A DNA stretch of 64,000 bases from a bacterium (GCA_963681965.1 OY820579.1:2720001-2784000); one strand, 5' to 3'; shown: positions 47,936 through 58,640, counted from the stretch's first letter. Made by a program: numbers and translations. Notes: generated by a model from the sequence alone, not told the origin.

Positions 47936-50900
47936 ATGAATCGAGTTGGATACGGATCCTCAAAAATTCGCATTGTAGTCATCACATTGGTATTTACAAT
48001 TGCAATCCTCTGTCTCGGGATTGCCTTTATCTATTTTCAAGAATCATCTTTTCGGAAACAAAGCGAACTCGAACTTTCAGCGATTGCCGACCTGAAAGCA
48101 AAACAATTGGTCGAATGGCGGCAAGAAAGAATTGACGATGCTGAATCAATCATCTTAAATCACGAGTTAATCAATAATTTTGCGAATTTAATCGAGCATT
48201 CACAGATTGAAAGCATTCGAAATCAGATAAAAAATTGGTTGTCGATCATGAGCTGGTCGACGATGTATGAAGAGATATTAATAACCGATTCTAATGGAAT
48301 AATCTTAGTTTCTGAACCATCTGATCACAATGCTGGAAAGCAATATGACATTCAGTCGAGTCACACAGAAACCCACAAAGATAGTATCCGAGTAGTCGAT
48401 TTTTATCGAAGTTCAAACGGAAATATCTATATTGAATTTCAAATTCCGATTTATTCCAAGAAAATTGCCGATCAAAATAAGCTTCTTGGATTGATAATAC
48501 TGAAAGTCAATGCCGCTAATTTTATATATCCCGAATTGCAGGAATTTCCTATTCCTTCCGCTTCCGCTGAGTGTCTACTTGTTCGGCGCGATGGTGATTC
48601 AGTCGTGTATTTAAATGAATTACGTCACAGGAAAAATACTGCATTACAATTAAAATTTGCGCTTAGGGATACAGCGTTACCCGCAGTCAAAGTTGTTCTT
48701 GGTCGCAGAGGCATCTGCGAAGATACCGATTATCGGCATGTAAAAGTTATTGCAGCGCTTCGTGAGATTCCTTCGTCTCCTTGGTTTTTAGTTACGAAAA
48801 TCGATTCAAAAGAGATTAATCAGTCATTACGCTATAGTGAAACAATTCTGAGCGTCGCATTACTATTATTAATCGGCGCTGTTTGGGCAATATTTGCTGT
48901 AATCGTGGGAAAATTACGTCTTCACGACGTACAAAATCGTCTTGATCGCGAACAAGAACGTTCTGAATTGTTGTATCAGATTGAATCGTTGATGCGATAT
49001 GCCAACGATAGCATTTTTCTACTTGATTCTGGTTTCTCGATCATCGATGCAAATCTAAGTGCACAAACCGCTTTTAATGTCTCACAAGATGCAATGATCG
49101 GCAAGAATTTTACTGTCTTGTTTGGTAAATATATCGATATCGATTTTCAAACAGTTCTATTAATATCCGGAGATGCGAAAGAAACCACTTGGGAAGCGGA
49201 CATCCGCGATCGTAACAGTATCGTTTACCCGGCAGAATTGACGTTAACAACAATTTCGCATAATCGGCATCGAGTCTATCAATTAGTAATTTGCGATATC
49301 AGTGATCGGAAAAAATGGCAAAATGCACTGATCAAATCTTCAGAAGAAATTTCGGATCTCTATAATAATGCTCCATGTGGATATCATTCGATCGATTCCG
49401 ATGGATATATCGTTCGCATAAACGATACCGAACTCTCTTGGCTGGGGTATTCTCGCGAAGAAATCGTCAATCAAATAAGATTTGTCGATTTGTTGACAGA
49501 AGCAAGTCGTGGACTCTTCTTGGAACGATTTGAATATTTAAAAACCGATAGTGAAATTCAAAATATTGAATTATCCCTAATACGCAAAGATGGATTGATT
49601 CTTCCGGTACTTCACAACGCAAGCGCGTTGAAAACCGAGGATGGTAAGTTCATTTTGAGTCGATCGACAATTTTCGATCTGACTGAGCGAAAGAAAATCG
49701 AAGCTGTTTTACTCGAGAGTGAAGAACGATTTCGAAGAGCCTTTGAAGAAGGACCTCTCGGTGTTGTACTCGTCGATCCACAACTCAATTTTATTAAGGT
49801 CAATCAGGCATTTGCACAGATCGTTGGGTATACAACCGAAGAAATCGAGAGTATGTCGGTTAAAGACATCACGCATCCAGATTACTATGAGAACGATGTC
49901 GTTAACGTTATCAAATTACACGAACAAAAAATTAGTATCTATAAAACCGAGAAAGTATACATCCATAAAGATGGTCATTTCATCTGGGTTTCATTGACTG
50001 TTACTCCAATCAGAAGCGCCGACGGCAAAAAGAGCTACCAATTGGGGATGATTGAAGACATCACCGAGAAAAAATTAAATGAAGCTCGGTTGTATCGATC
50101 AAATCGGTCGTTAAGAATGTTATCCGATTGTAATCAAGTATTGATCCGTGCGAAGAGCGAAGTGGAGTTGATCCAGAAAATCGGACATACAATTTACACT
50201 CGTGGGGGATACCCGATTGTAGCAGTGATGTATATCGACCAGGAAGATCGAAATCGTCTAAAAATAGTTACTTCTAGCAGCGATGAAGAAATTTATCGCA
50301 ACGATGCAAAGCTGGTATGGGAAGCCACCGATTTAGTCAATACCCCGTTTTATCAAGCAATGAAAGAGCGTACACACGTTATCTGGTCTAAAGATGATGA
50401 TTTTAACAGCTCAATATGGTGGTCCGAAGCCGAAAAATTCAATTTTTCATATTCGATTAGCCTTCCAATGTACGAATTCGGTCATCTAATTGGAGTATTA
50501 AATATCTGTTCTAACGATTCACTCGCATTTCACGATGAAGAAGAGCTGAAACTTTTGCTCGAGTTGACCGATGATCTTTCGTTTGGCATCTCGATGCAAC
50601 GGGTAGAAGTTACGCGAAATCTAATCGAAGCCGATTTAAAAGCTGCCAACGAGTTTACGGTAGATTTAATTCGAACGGCAAATACTATGATAATTGGTAT
50701 GTCGATGAATGGGAGGATATCGATATTCAATGAAGCCGCTGAAAAAATCTCCGGCTATTCGATTGACGATCTTCAGTGTAAGAATTGGATTGAGGTTCTA
50801 ATACCTCGAGACGTTTATCCAGATGTTTGGCTTGAATTTCAGAAGTTATCGCAGGGTGGAATTCCAAAACAGTTTGACAGCCCTATATTGACCAAGCATG

Positions 50901-53440
50901 GTGAAGAGCGGTATATCACTTGGAGTAACAATCAAATCTATCGGTATGGTTCTATAGACAGTACGATTTCATTCGGCATTGACATTACCGAACTCCAGCA
51001 TACCCGTCAAAATCTCTTAAAATCCAATCGTGCGCTTCGAATGTTGAGTGATTGTAATCAAGTTTTAATTCGATCTAGCGACGAACTCGATTTATTGAAT
51101 AGAGTATGTCAAGTAATCCATGACGAAGGAAACTATCCAATTGTCAATGTTTCTTACCGTGATCCGAATAATCAAAATGCAATTAATAGCATGATCACGA
51201 TAAGCGAAACCGGAATTGATCGACTTTCCCAGTCGAAGAAGTATCCATTTAGCGAGACATTCAAGCAGGCAATTGAAACGGGAAAAGCGGTAATAAGCAG
51301 CCATCTTATCGAAGAAAGCAACAGATCGCCCCGGCAAACCGAAATAAACACACCAAATTTCACATCATTTGTGTGTCTTCCACTTAATATCGATGGTCGA
51401 TCGATCGGTGCATTAAGTTTGTTTAGCGATCAAGATGGTGCTTTCGACTCGGAAGAAATGCGGTTATTAATTGAATTGGCTGATGATCTCTCCTATGGCA
51501 TCAATTCATTCCGAACCGATTTACAACGACATCGCGCCGAATTAGAGCTACAAGAGCGTGAATATTGGTTGAGTGAATCGCAGCGCGTTTCACGTCTTGG
51601 TTCTTATAATTTCGATATTCCCAACGATTGTTGGAGTTGTTCGCAAGTCTTATCAGATGTATTTGGATTTAAATACGATTATAAAAAGAAAATGCAAGAT
51701 TGGATTGATGCTGTACATCCCGAAGATCGACAAGCAATGATCGACTATTTCAGCAAAGAGGTAGTCGGTAGAAAACAACCTTTCGATCGTGAATACCGCA
51801 TCGTTCGAAAGAGTGATAACGAAATTAGATGGGTTTGGGGGAAAGGACAGATTACTTACGATGCAATGGGCAATCCCATTAATATGATTGGTACTATTCA
51901 GGATATTACCGATCGAAAGCTAGCCGAAATTGCTCGAGCCGAAGCGGATAAGAAACATCGCGACCTCTTCACGCAATCGCGTGACGGTGTCTTTATTACC
52001 AATATCGACGGTACATTTATCGATATAAACGATGCCATGGTTTCGATCGTCGGATTTTCTATTGAAGAGTTGTTGTCGATGAAATCCAGCGATTTATACT
52101 TCAATCCCGAAGAGCGAATTCAATATCAAAAAGAAATCGAGTTAACTGGGTCAGTCTCTGATTATGAGATCAGATTACAGCGGAAAGATGGTAAAATTAT
52201 TACTTGTCAGTTATCTGCAAATGTTCGCCATGGCGATAGTGGACAAATCATCGGTTATCAAGGCTTTTGTCACGATATCAGCTCTCGAAAACAAATTCAA
52301 GAACAATTGGTACAATCGCAGAAGATGGAAGCAATCGGTAGATTGGCAAGTGGTGTAGCGCACGACTTCAATAACTTGTTAACGATAATAACTGGCAATG
52401 CCGAATTGATGAATCTGAGCATCGATCAAACAAACCCGTTACGCGAGCGGTTGGCAAGTATCATCGAAACGGTTACACGAGCTACTGCACTGACCCGGCA
52501 ACTATTGCTCTTCAGCCGAAAAAATCAACAAGAACTCGAGATCGTCAATCTCAACGATATTATTCACGGAATTGTCAAAATGCTTCAGCGATTGATCGGT
52601 GAAAATATCGATCTGATTGTCGAGACATATAGTGGGTTACCCAATATTGAAGCCGATCCCCGACAAATCGAACAAATTATCATGAATCTGGTAATCAACT
52701 CGCGCGATGCGATGACTGACGACGGTGAATTGACAATTTCAACAAACGTTTTCGAATCCGCAGAATCAAAGGATTCGATGACCGGGAATCAAACACCAAT
52801 TTGCTACAGTGTGTTAACCGTTCACGATACTGGAGTTGGGATGTCGTCCGAGGTGCTTGCTTGTGCAACCGAACCGTTTTTTACGACCAAACCTGAAGGG
52901 AAAGGAACCGGTCTAGGTCTGTCAACCGTTCAAAGTATTGTCCAACAGTTGAATGGTAAATTGGAAATCGAAAGTGAAATAAATATCGGAACTACAATCA
53001 AGGTTTTTATCCCCGCTGTTGCGGTTAATCCGATTCCCAAAGTCAACAAAGTCGAAGAAAAAAGTGCCGGTCGAAATGAACTGATATTGGTCGTTGAAGA
53101 TGAAGAAGCGATTCGCGATCTGCTCCATTTTATTTTAACCCAGCACGGATACCGCGTGCTTCGGGCAGCAAACGGAGTTGAAGCATTGCAAATTCTTGAG
53201 CAAGACGATCAAACAGTCGATGCGGTCATATCCGATGTTGTTATGCCACAAATGGGCGGTGTTAAGTTATTGGAAAAAATGAGGGAAAAATTTAGTAACG
53301 TGAAAGTGCTCTTTATGTCGGGATATACCACCGAAGAATCAATTCAATCGATTCAAGATAGTGGATTTCCGATTATCATGAAGCCGTTTAACACCAAGCA
53401 TGTGCTGTCGGAATTGCGCAAAATTATTGATGGCGAGTAG
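47936..53440 (+). CDS. membrane-bound hybrid sensor histidine kinase (periplasmic Cache-like, ~6 PAS, 2 GAF, HisKA-HATPase, REC)
   Basis: Two TM segments. PAS/PAC (THPD, HPEDR, RKDG), GRLASGVAHDFNNLL, NLVINSRDAM, DTGVGM, FFTTKPEGKGTGLGL, REC VVEDE/SDVVMP/KPF. Confidence 0.95.
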   Translation: MNRVGYGSSKIRIVVITLVFTIAILCLGIAFIYFQESSFRKQSELELSAIADLKAKQLVEWRQERIDDAESIILNHELINNFANLIEHSQIESIRNQIKNWLSIMSWSTMYEEILITDSNGIILVSEPSDHNAGKQYDIQSSHTETHKDSIRVVDFYRSSNGNIYIEFQIPIYSKKIADQNKLLGLIILKVNAANFIYPELQEFPIPSASAECLLVRRDGDSVVYLNELRHRKNTALQLKFALRDTALPAVKVVLGRRGICEDTDYRHVKVIAALREIPSSPWFLVTKIDSKEINQSLRYSETILSVALLLLIGAVWAIFAVIVGKLRLHDVQNRLDREQERSELLYQIESLMRYANDSIFLLDSGFSIIDANLSAQTAFNVSQDAMIGKNFTVLFGKYIDIDFQTVLLISGDAKETTWEADIRDRNSIVYPAELTLTTISHNRHRVYQLVICDISDRKKWQNALIKSSEEISDLYNNAPCGYHSIDSDGYIVRINDTELSWLGYSREEIVNQIRFVDLLTEASRGLFLERFEYLKTDSEIQNIELSLIRKDGLILPVLHNASALKTEDGKFILSRSTIFDLTERKKIEAVLLESEERFRRAFEEGPLGVVLVDPQLNFIKVNQAFAQIVGYTTEEIESMSVKDITHPDYYENDVVNVIKLHEQKISIYKTEKVYIHKDGHFIWVSLTVTPIRSADGKKSYQLGMIEDITEKKLNEARLYRSNRSLRMLSDCNQVLIRAKSEVELIQKIGHTIYTRGGYPIVAVMYIDQEDRNRLKIVTSSSDEEIYRNDAKLVWEATDLVNTPFYQAMKERTHVIWSKDDDFNSSIWWSEAEKFNFSYSISLPMYEFGHLIGVLNICSNDSLAFHDEEELKLLLELTDDLSFGISMQRVEVTRNLIEADLKAANEFTVDLIRTANTMIIGMSMNGRISIFNEAAEKISGYSIDDLQCKNWIEVLIPRDVYPDVWLEFQKLSQGGIPKQFDSPILTKHGEERYITWSNNQIYRYGSIDSTISFGIDITELQHTRQNLLKSNRALRMLSDCNQVLIRSSDELDLLNRVCQVIHDEGNYPIVNVSYRDPNNQNAINSMITISETGIDRLSQSKKYPFSETFKQAIETGKAVISSHLIEESNRSPRQTEINTPNFTSFVCLPLNIDGRSIGALSLFSDQDGAFDSEEMRLLIELADDLSYGINSFRTDLQRHRAELELQEREYWLSESQRVSRLGSYNFDIPNDCWSCSQVLSDVFGFKYDYKKKMQDWIDAVHPEDRQAMIDYFSKEVVGRKQPFDREYRIVRKSDNEIRWVWGKGQITYDAMGNPINMIGTIQDITDRKLAEIARAEADKKHRDLFTQSRDGVFITNIDGTFIDINDAMVSIVGFSIEELLSMKSSDLYFNPEERIQYQKEIELTGSVSDYEIRLQRKDGKIITCQLSANVRHGDSGQIIGYQGFCHDISSRKQIQEQLVQSQKMEAIGRLASGVAHDFNNLLTIITGNAELMNLSIDQTNPLRERLASIIETVTRATALTRQLLLFSRKNQQELEIVNLNDIIHGIVKMLQRLIGENIDLIVETYSGLPNIEADPRQIEQIIMNLVINSRDAMTDDGELTISTNVFESAESKDSMTGNQTPICYSVLTVHDTGVGMSSEVLACATEPFFTTKPEGKGTGLGLSTVQSIVQQLNGKLEIESEINIGTTIKVFIPAVAVNPIPKVNKVEEKSAGRNELILVVEDEEAIRDLLHFILTQHGYRVLRAANGVEALQILEQDDQTVDAVISDVVMPQMGGVKLLEKMREKFSNVKVLFMSGYTTEESIQSIQDSGFPIIMKPFNTKHVLSELRKIIDGE

Positions 53441-54012
53441 TGTTCGAGGTTCTAGTTCACTTTCGATCAGACGAAACAGGATATTAGCTGTGTCAATGCT
53501 TGATCGCGCGGATTATCAGGAATAAAGGTGAAATTGATAATTTCTGGTATCCCTCCTGATCGACTCTTAGAAAATTCTCGGTTGGTCGTGGTTCGACAAT
53601 TTGCTCGATACAAAAGCCAGCAGATAATATCGGAGAAATCATATCCTGCAGTGGTCGACGGTAATATTGAATGGGAAATCCCCAATCATCCTGGATGCAA
53701 ATAGTTTTGAAATAATTATCCACTCTGAAAATTCTCCAGTCGGCAAATGGATGGTGAGTAGAAAAGAGCAAAGTGCCGTTCACCTTGAGGACGCGATAAA
53801 ATTCTTTGAGTGGACCTGACCATTCTTTTAAATAATGCATGGTTAAAGAAGAAAACACACAATCGAAACTCTTCGATTCTAACCACGTTAAAGGAGTTTG
53901 TAGATCCCACAATCGATAATTCACTCTTGAACCCAGTCGTGTTCTAGTGATCTAGCCCCCGAAAGTAGTACCACTCTCTATGTCAGAGTAGTACCTTTTA
54001 TGGGAGGTTTTC

Positions 54013-54288
54013 ATGCGTGGAGTGAAGCGAACTGCGGAGCAGATTATCCCGATGCTTCGTGAAGCGGAAGTTGAGATTGGGAAGGGGATGAGCGTCCGTG
54101 AAGTTTGCCGGAAGTTGGGCATCCAGGAACATACTTACTACCACTGGCGCAAGGAATACGGTGGTTTGAAGCTGGATCAGGCGAAGCGTTTGAAGGAACT
54201 GGAACGCGAGAATGGCCGTCTTCGGAAGGTCGTATCTGATCTGACCTTGGACAAAGAGATCCTGCAGGAGGCTCTCAAGGGAAAATAG
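54013..54288 (+). CDS. IS3 element A OrfA
   Basis: Protein identical to that of 11716..11991. Confidence 0.93.
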   Translation: MRGVKRTAEQIIPMLREAEVEIGKGMSVREVCRKLGIQEHTYYHWRKEYGGLKLDQAKRLKELERENGRLRKVVSDLTLDKEILQEALKGK

Positions 54289-54474
54289 TGTGCCCGGCGA
54301 AGCGTCGCGAGACTGCGCTTACTGTTCGCCATTCGCTGGGCATTGATCGGGTCTCGGAACGACGGGTCTGTACGGTTCTTTGCGAACCACGAACGAGTCA
54401 CCGGTATGCACCGCTTCGTCGTGCCGACGATGAAGTGGTCCCGTTTTCCTGGACAGTTTGTTAGTTAGATTGCT

Positions 54475-54813
54475 TTGCCCGATATTTTGACAGCAAGCAG
54501 GGAGTTTACAATGTCGGGATTACGACGGACCTTATCGCCTGATTTCAAGGCGAAGGTAGCATTAGCAGCCCTCAAGGGTGACAAGACGGTATCGGAACTG
54601 GCGAGTATGTATCAGGTTCATCCGAATCAGATCAGCCAGTGGAAGAGGCAGCTTTTGGATCATGCTGCATCGGTGTTTGGCAAGACCGAGTCGTCAGGAA
54701 GTGAAGAAGTAGACCTTAAGGAGCTTCGCGCCAAGATTGGCCAGTTAACGATGGAGAACGATTTTTTGTCACGGGGGCTCAGTCGCTTGGGCGTTCTGAG
54801 CGTGAAGCGCTGA
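54475..54813 (+). CDS. IS3 element B OrfA
   Basis: Near-identical to 10124..10462. Slippery TTTTTTG at 54762-54768. Confidence 0.9.
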   Translation: MPDILTASREFTMSGLRRTLSPDFKAKVALAALKGDKTVSELASMYQVHPNQISQWKRQLLDHAASVFGKTESSGSEEVDLKELRAKIGQLTMENDFLSRGLSRLGVLSVKR

Positions 54814-54836
54814 TCGATCCGGGTGCCCGTTTACCG

Positions 54837-55646
54837 TTGGTTCAGCAGTGTTCTTTGATCAAGGTTCCACGCAGCAGTTACTACTATCGCCCTGTTCCGC
54901 TTGATTCGAACAAATTGATGCTGTTGCGAACGCTGGATGAGCTTCACCTGAAGGTTCCGTTCTACGGTGCCCGTAAACTGGTGGTGGAGTTATCGAAGCA
55001 GGGTATCGATGTTGGTCGGAAAAAGGTTCGTTCCTTGCTACGCATCCTCGGTCTGGAAGCATTGTACCGCAAGCCGCGTACGACGGTTCCTGACAAGGAA
55101 CACAAGATTTATCCGTACCTGCTTCGCGATATTGTGGTAGATCGGGCGAATCAAGTGTGGGCAACCGATATCACGTACATCCCATTGGCTCGGGGTTTTG
55201 TGTATCTGGTGGCGGTGATCGATTGGTACAGCCGGAAAGTACTGTCGTGGCGACTTTCGAATACGCTGGACACCGATTTCTGTGTGGAAGCGCTGACGGA
55301 AGCATTGTCGAAGTATGGGAAGCCTGAGATCTTCAACAGCGATCAAGGGTGTCAGTTTACCAGCATCGCATTTACGGATGTTTTGAAAGAGGCAGGCGTT
55401 CGGATCAGTATGGATGGTAAAGGTCGGTGGATGGATAACCGTTTTGTCGAACGGTTGTGGAAGTCGTTGAAGTACGAGGAAGTATACTTGAAAGGGTACG
55501 ATTCAGTTCGCATTGCAGAGCGTAGCATCGGTGAGTATTTTTCGTTCTACAACAGCGAACGTTCGCACCAAGGCTTGGGCTATCAAACCCCAGATGAAGT
55601 CTACACCGATAGTCTAAGAAATCTTTCTTGTCAGGCAGCTGCCTGA
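54837..55646 (+). CDS. IS3 element B OrfB (DDE)
   Basis: Near-identical to 9291..10106. Confidence 0.93.
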   Translation: MVQQCSLIKVPRSSYYYRPVPLDSNKLMLLRTLDELHLKVPFYGARKLVVELSKQGIDVGRKKVRSLLRILGLEALYRKPRTTVPDKEHKIYPYLLRDIVVDRANQVWATDITYIPLARGFVYLVAVIDWYSRKVLSWRLSNTLDTDFCVEALTEALSKYGKPEIFNSDQGCQFTSIAFTDVLKEAGVRISMDGKGRWMDNRFVERLWKSLKYEEVYLKGYDSVRIAERSIGEYFSFYNSERSHQGLGYQTPDEVYTDSLRNLSCQAAA

Positions 55647-56792
55647 CAAGAAACAGCAGACAGTGGGCGGTGCAATCTAACTAAGATTCGCACAAAACTG
55701 TCCAAACTGAGGGTACCACCTCACGAAGGCCCGTTGGTCTCGCTGGTGGTATTTCTGGCTTGCCAGTATGGCGGGTATGGCTACCGGATCGTAACGGCGA
55801 TGATCCGTAACATCGGCTGGCGGGTAAACCACAAACGGGTGGAACGGATCTGGCGACAGTCCGGACTGAAGGTCCCGAAGAAGCAGAAGAAGCGTCGAAG
55901 ACTGTGGCTGAATGATGGTTCCTGCATCCGTCTACGTCCGGAACATCCGGATCATGTCTGGAGCTTCGACTTTGTCACGTGGCATACGTCGAATGGTCGT
56001 TCGTTCAAGATCTTTGCGATCATGGACGAATACACCCGGGAATGCCTTGCGATCCTGGTAGCCCGGAAGATCAAGGCGGATGATGTTCTTTGCGTACTGG
56101 AAGAACTGTTTGTAGTACGAGGTACACCGATTCATGTTCGTAGTGACAATGGCCCTGAGTTTACGGCGAATGAGGTACTAGCGTGGCTGCCCCGGGTTGA
56201 TGTGCAACCCTTGTTTATTACGCCTGGCAGCCCGTGGGAAAACGGATACATCGAAAGTTTTAACTGTCGGTTGAAACTGTTGCTGAAGGGTGAAATCTTT
56301 GATACCATATTGGAAGCAAAGGTGATTATCGAACAATGGCGGCACCATTACAATACGATTCGACCGCACAGCTCTTTGGGCTATCTGCCGCCGGCACCGG
56401 AAACAGAGTTACCACTCATTCCTGCTCCGCTACGCTACGCAGGAATGAGACCAGTGTGACATAGACACTGGTACAAATAATGGGGGCAGATCACTAGCAT
56501 TCGCTAGCATTTTCTCGCTTGCATCCACAATGGTTACCGAAGCATTGGAATTCGCAAAGTGCTCGGAATACCAACCATTACCACAGCCAGCATCCATAAT
56601 TGTTTTTCCTGACAGTTCTGGAAGCAATTCCAGCATTGCTGGACGTTCGTAGTATGCATTGTAAGGTTTCTGATCGAGACCGCCATTGTACTTCTCGGCA
56701 AACTCGTCGTATTGACCGGGAGAAAAATCAGGTTCTTCCATAATTTGCTTTCCTATGCCGTGACATTTTTTTTTAAAATCATTCGCTCTAAC

Positions 56793-56821
56793 AAAAAAGC
56801 CGACCGCGAAGTCGGCTTTTT
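56793..56821 (-). terminator. rho-independent terminator of citrate synthase
   Basis: aaaaaagccgac-cgcgaa-gtcggcttttt. Confidence 0.85.
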
Positions 56822-56842
56822 CGGATAGATTGGAGCGAGTAA

Positions 56843-58132
56843 TTATTCGCCTGCGGCTTTTTTGCCTGCGGCAAACAACCACTTGGTCGTGACGGACTTC
56901 GGTCGTTCGATCGGTGCACCCATTGCACGGGCAAGTACCATCTGGGCGCCCATACCGAGTACACGGGAAACCGAGAACAGTACGGTATAGTACGAGAATT
57001 CGCGGAGACCGTAGTGATAAATCAACGAACCGCTGGCGGCGTCTACGTTTGGCCATGGATCCTTGATCTTCTGGATGGTCTTGAGAATGTCCGGTACCGT
57101 GTCGAACGTCAATGCGACGGTCTGGAATACTGGATCTTCCGGGCATTTTTCGTGACCGAATGCCTTGAACATCTTGAAGCGTGGGTCGACCACGCGAAGA
57201 ACCGCATGACCGTAACCGGGGATAACACGACCGGAACTCAGGGTTTCGGTTGCTTCCTTCTGCAGAGCTTCCTTCGAGGGGGTGCCACCGAATTTCTCAT
57301 TGATGCTGAGCACCCAATTGAGGCATTCTTGATTGGCAAGACCGTGTAACGGACCGGCAAGACCGTTCAAACCGGCGCTGATCGCGTAATATGGATCGGA
57401 CAATGCACTGGCGACGAGGTGACTGGTGTGTGCAGATACGTTGCCACTTTCATGGTCGCAGTGAAGAACCATATAAAGCTGCATCAGTTTGAAGAAATCG
57501 GCATTATCGAAGCCCATCATGTGTGCATAGTCGGCTGCCCAGTCAAGTTTCGGATTCGAAGCGATCTTGGCACCCTTGTTGTATTTCTTGCGATAGATCC
57601 AAGCGGAAATTTCGCCGACGGTCGCAACGATATCCAACACGTCTTCCAGCGCATATTTCCAGTATTCGGTCTTGGGCACGCCCTTGTCATATGCTGCACG
57701 GAACTTGGATTCTTTTTCCATGGCGAGAATTGCACAGTCAAGCATCGCCATCGGGTGGTGGTCGTCTTTTTCTTCGAACTGGTCGAGAATATTCCACACG
57801 TACTGCGGAACTTTCGAACGGGCTTTGAGGTCGGCTTGCAGGTCTGCCAATTCTTCTGCGTTCGGGAATTCACCGGTCAACATTAACCAGAAAATTTCTT
57901 CGGGAAGTTTGTCGCCAAGCTCTTCGAGCTTGATACCGCGAATGATAAGACCGTAGTTCGGATCGACTTCGGAAGTATCGCAAATCAAGGATTTGATACC
58001 GCGCATGCCGCCGTAAATCTGTTCCGCTTTAACCGTGTCAAGTTGCACTTGACCGTATTTTGCGTTGAATTCTTTCATTTCAGCGCGCAGCGTCGGAATT
58101 TGACCAGCGAGCTTATCGAATAACTTACTCAT
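56843..58132 (-). CDS. gltA: citrate (Si)-synthase, eukaryotic/Geobacter-type
   Basis: YGGMRGIK, DHESGNVSAH, SAGLNGLAGPLHGLANQE, GRVIPGYGHAVLR..DPR, PWPNVDA.SG, YYTVLF.VSR, PIERPKS. GGAG RBS before MSKLF. Confidence 0.95.
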   Translation of the reverse strand: MSKLFDKLAGQIPTLRAEMKEFNAKYGQVQLDTVKAEQIYGGMRGIKSLICDTSEVDPNYGLIIRGIKLEELGDKLPEEIFWLMLTGEFPNAEELADLQADLKARSKVPQYVWNILDQFEEKDDHHPMAMLDCAILAMEKESKFRAAYDKGVPKTEYWKYALEDVLDIVATVGEISAWIYRKKYNKGAKIASNPKLDWAADYAHMMGFDNADFFKLMQLYMVLHCDHESGNVSAHTSHLVASALSDPYYAISAGLNGLAGPLHGLANQECLNWVLSINEKFGGTPSKEALQKEATETLSSGRVIPGYGHAVLRVVDPRFKMFKAFGHEKCPEDPVFQTVALTFDTVPDILKTIQKIKDPWPNVDAASGSLIYHYGLREFSYYTVLFSVSRVLGMGAQMVLARAMGAPIERPKSVTTKWLFAAGKKAAGE

Positions 58133-58569
58133 ATTATAACTCCAATAATTGGGGTAGGTGTTGCGCCTGTCTGTTGGAACAACACACGTGATAAGAAGGA
58201 AAACCGGAGCACCGGTAGGGTGCAATCAAGATCACGAAAAGAGAATTGCTTGCGTCCATGATTGGTTCCACTACGGTCTAAAAAAGCTTGAAAATCTCCG
58301 GTGCCGCTGTGCGAGCATCAAAGCGATTAGCAGCCTAGCAATATACAGTAAAAAACATGTTCTCAACAAGTGACAAATTTTACGAAAATTCTTATATGTT
58401 ATTAATAATTAATATATTGATTTTATCTACTGAATCAGCGTATCGGATCAAATTCTGCTCTGAATTGCTCCCTATTTTCACAGACTTCAGTATTATTGAA
58501 GCCCAAATGGTAATTTAATCACAGAACCGCTAAATAATCCTAGGATTACCTTCTCCACCTTATCATATA

Positions 58570-58598
58570 TTGACAATGCTACGGCAATGCTATATATT
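58570..58598 (+). promoter_or_regulatory. sigma70-like promoter of the lrp-aminotransferase operon
   Basis: TTGACA-N17-TATATT. Confidence 0.65.
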
Positions 58599-58640
58599 AT
58601 ACTTAGTAGTCAATTAATACTTATATATTATAGGTGAACA

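Larger units (their letters stand above)
54431..55723 (+). mobile_element. IS3 element B copy 2 (1293 bp), nested inside element A
   Basis: Ends TGAAGTGGTCCC...GGGTACCACCTCA. 3-bp TSD CGA at 54428-54430 and 55724-55726, confirmed against the intact A copy (gtgccgacgaaggccc). Confidence 0.95.
54288..56459 (+). pseudogene. IS3 element A OrfB interrupted at 54430 by element B
   Basis: The N-terminal part 54288-54430 and C-terminal part 55724-56459 match 10841..11716. Confidence 0.9.
53948..56493 (+). mobile_element. IS3 element A copy 2, interrupted by nested element B
   Basis: Same IRs as 10807-12056. 4-bp TSD CTAG at 53944-53947 and 56494-56497. Apart from the insertion it appears identical to copy 1. 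Confidence 0.95.
53493..56741 (-). pseudogene. class I SAM methyltransferase split by IS3 element A, which itself carries element B
   Basis: The 5' part 56741-56494 (YERPAM..., MDAGCGNG) joins in frame to 53943-53493 after removing the IS and one CTAG copy: KMLANA-RTRLGSRVNYRLWDL...FD.V.SSL.MHY...RVLK..G.L.FS..HP. This gives 699 nt, 232 aa. Confidence 0.92.

Noticed and set aside
43341-53440. tRNA-anchored genomic island
   Set aside because: No integrase and no duplicated tRNA 3' end. The tRNA 3' side leads directly into tolB.
9214-56493. Composite transposon or inversion bounded by IS copies
   Set aside because: Each IS has its own matching TSD, and the interval contains core genes (pal, tolB, tRNA).
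56430-57146. 238-aa minus-strand ORF
   Set aside because: Chimeric artefact: an alternate frame of gltA, plus the 5' half of the split methyltransferase, plus read-through into the IS.
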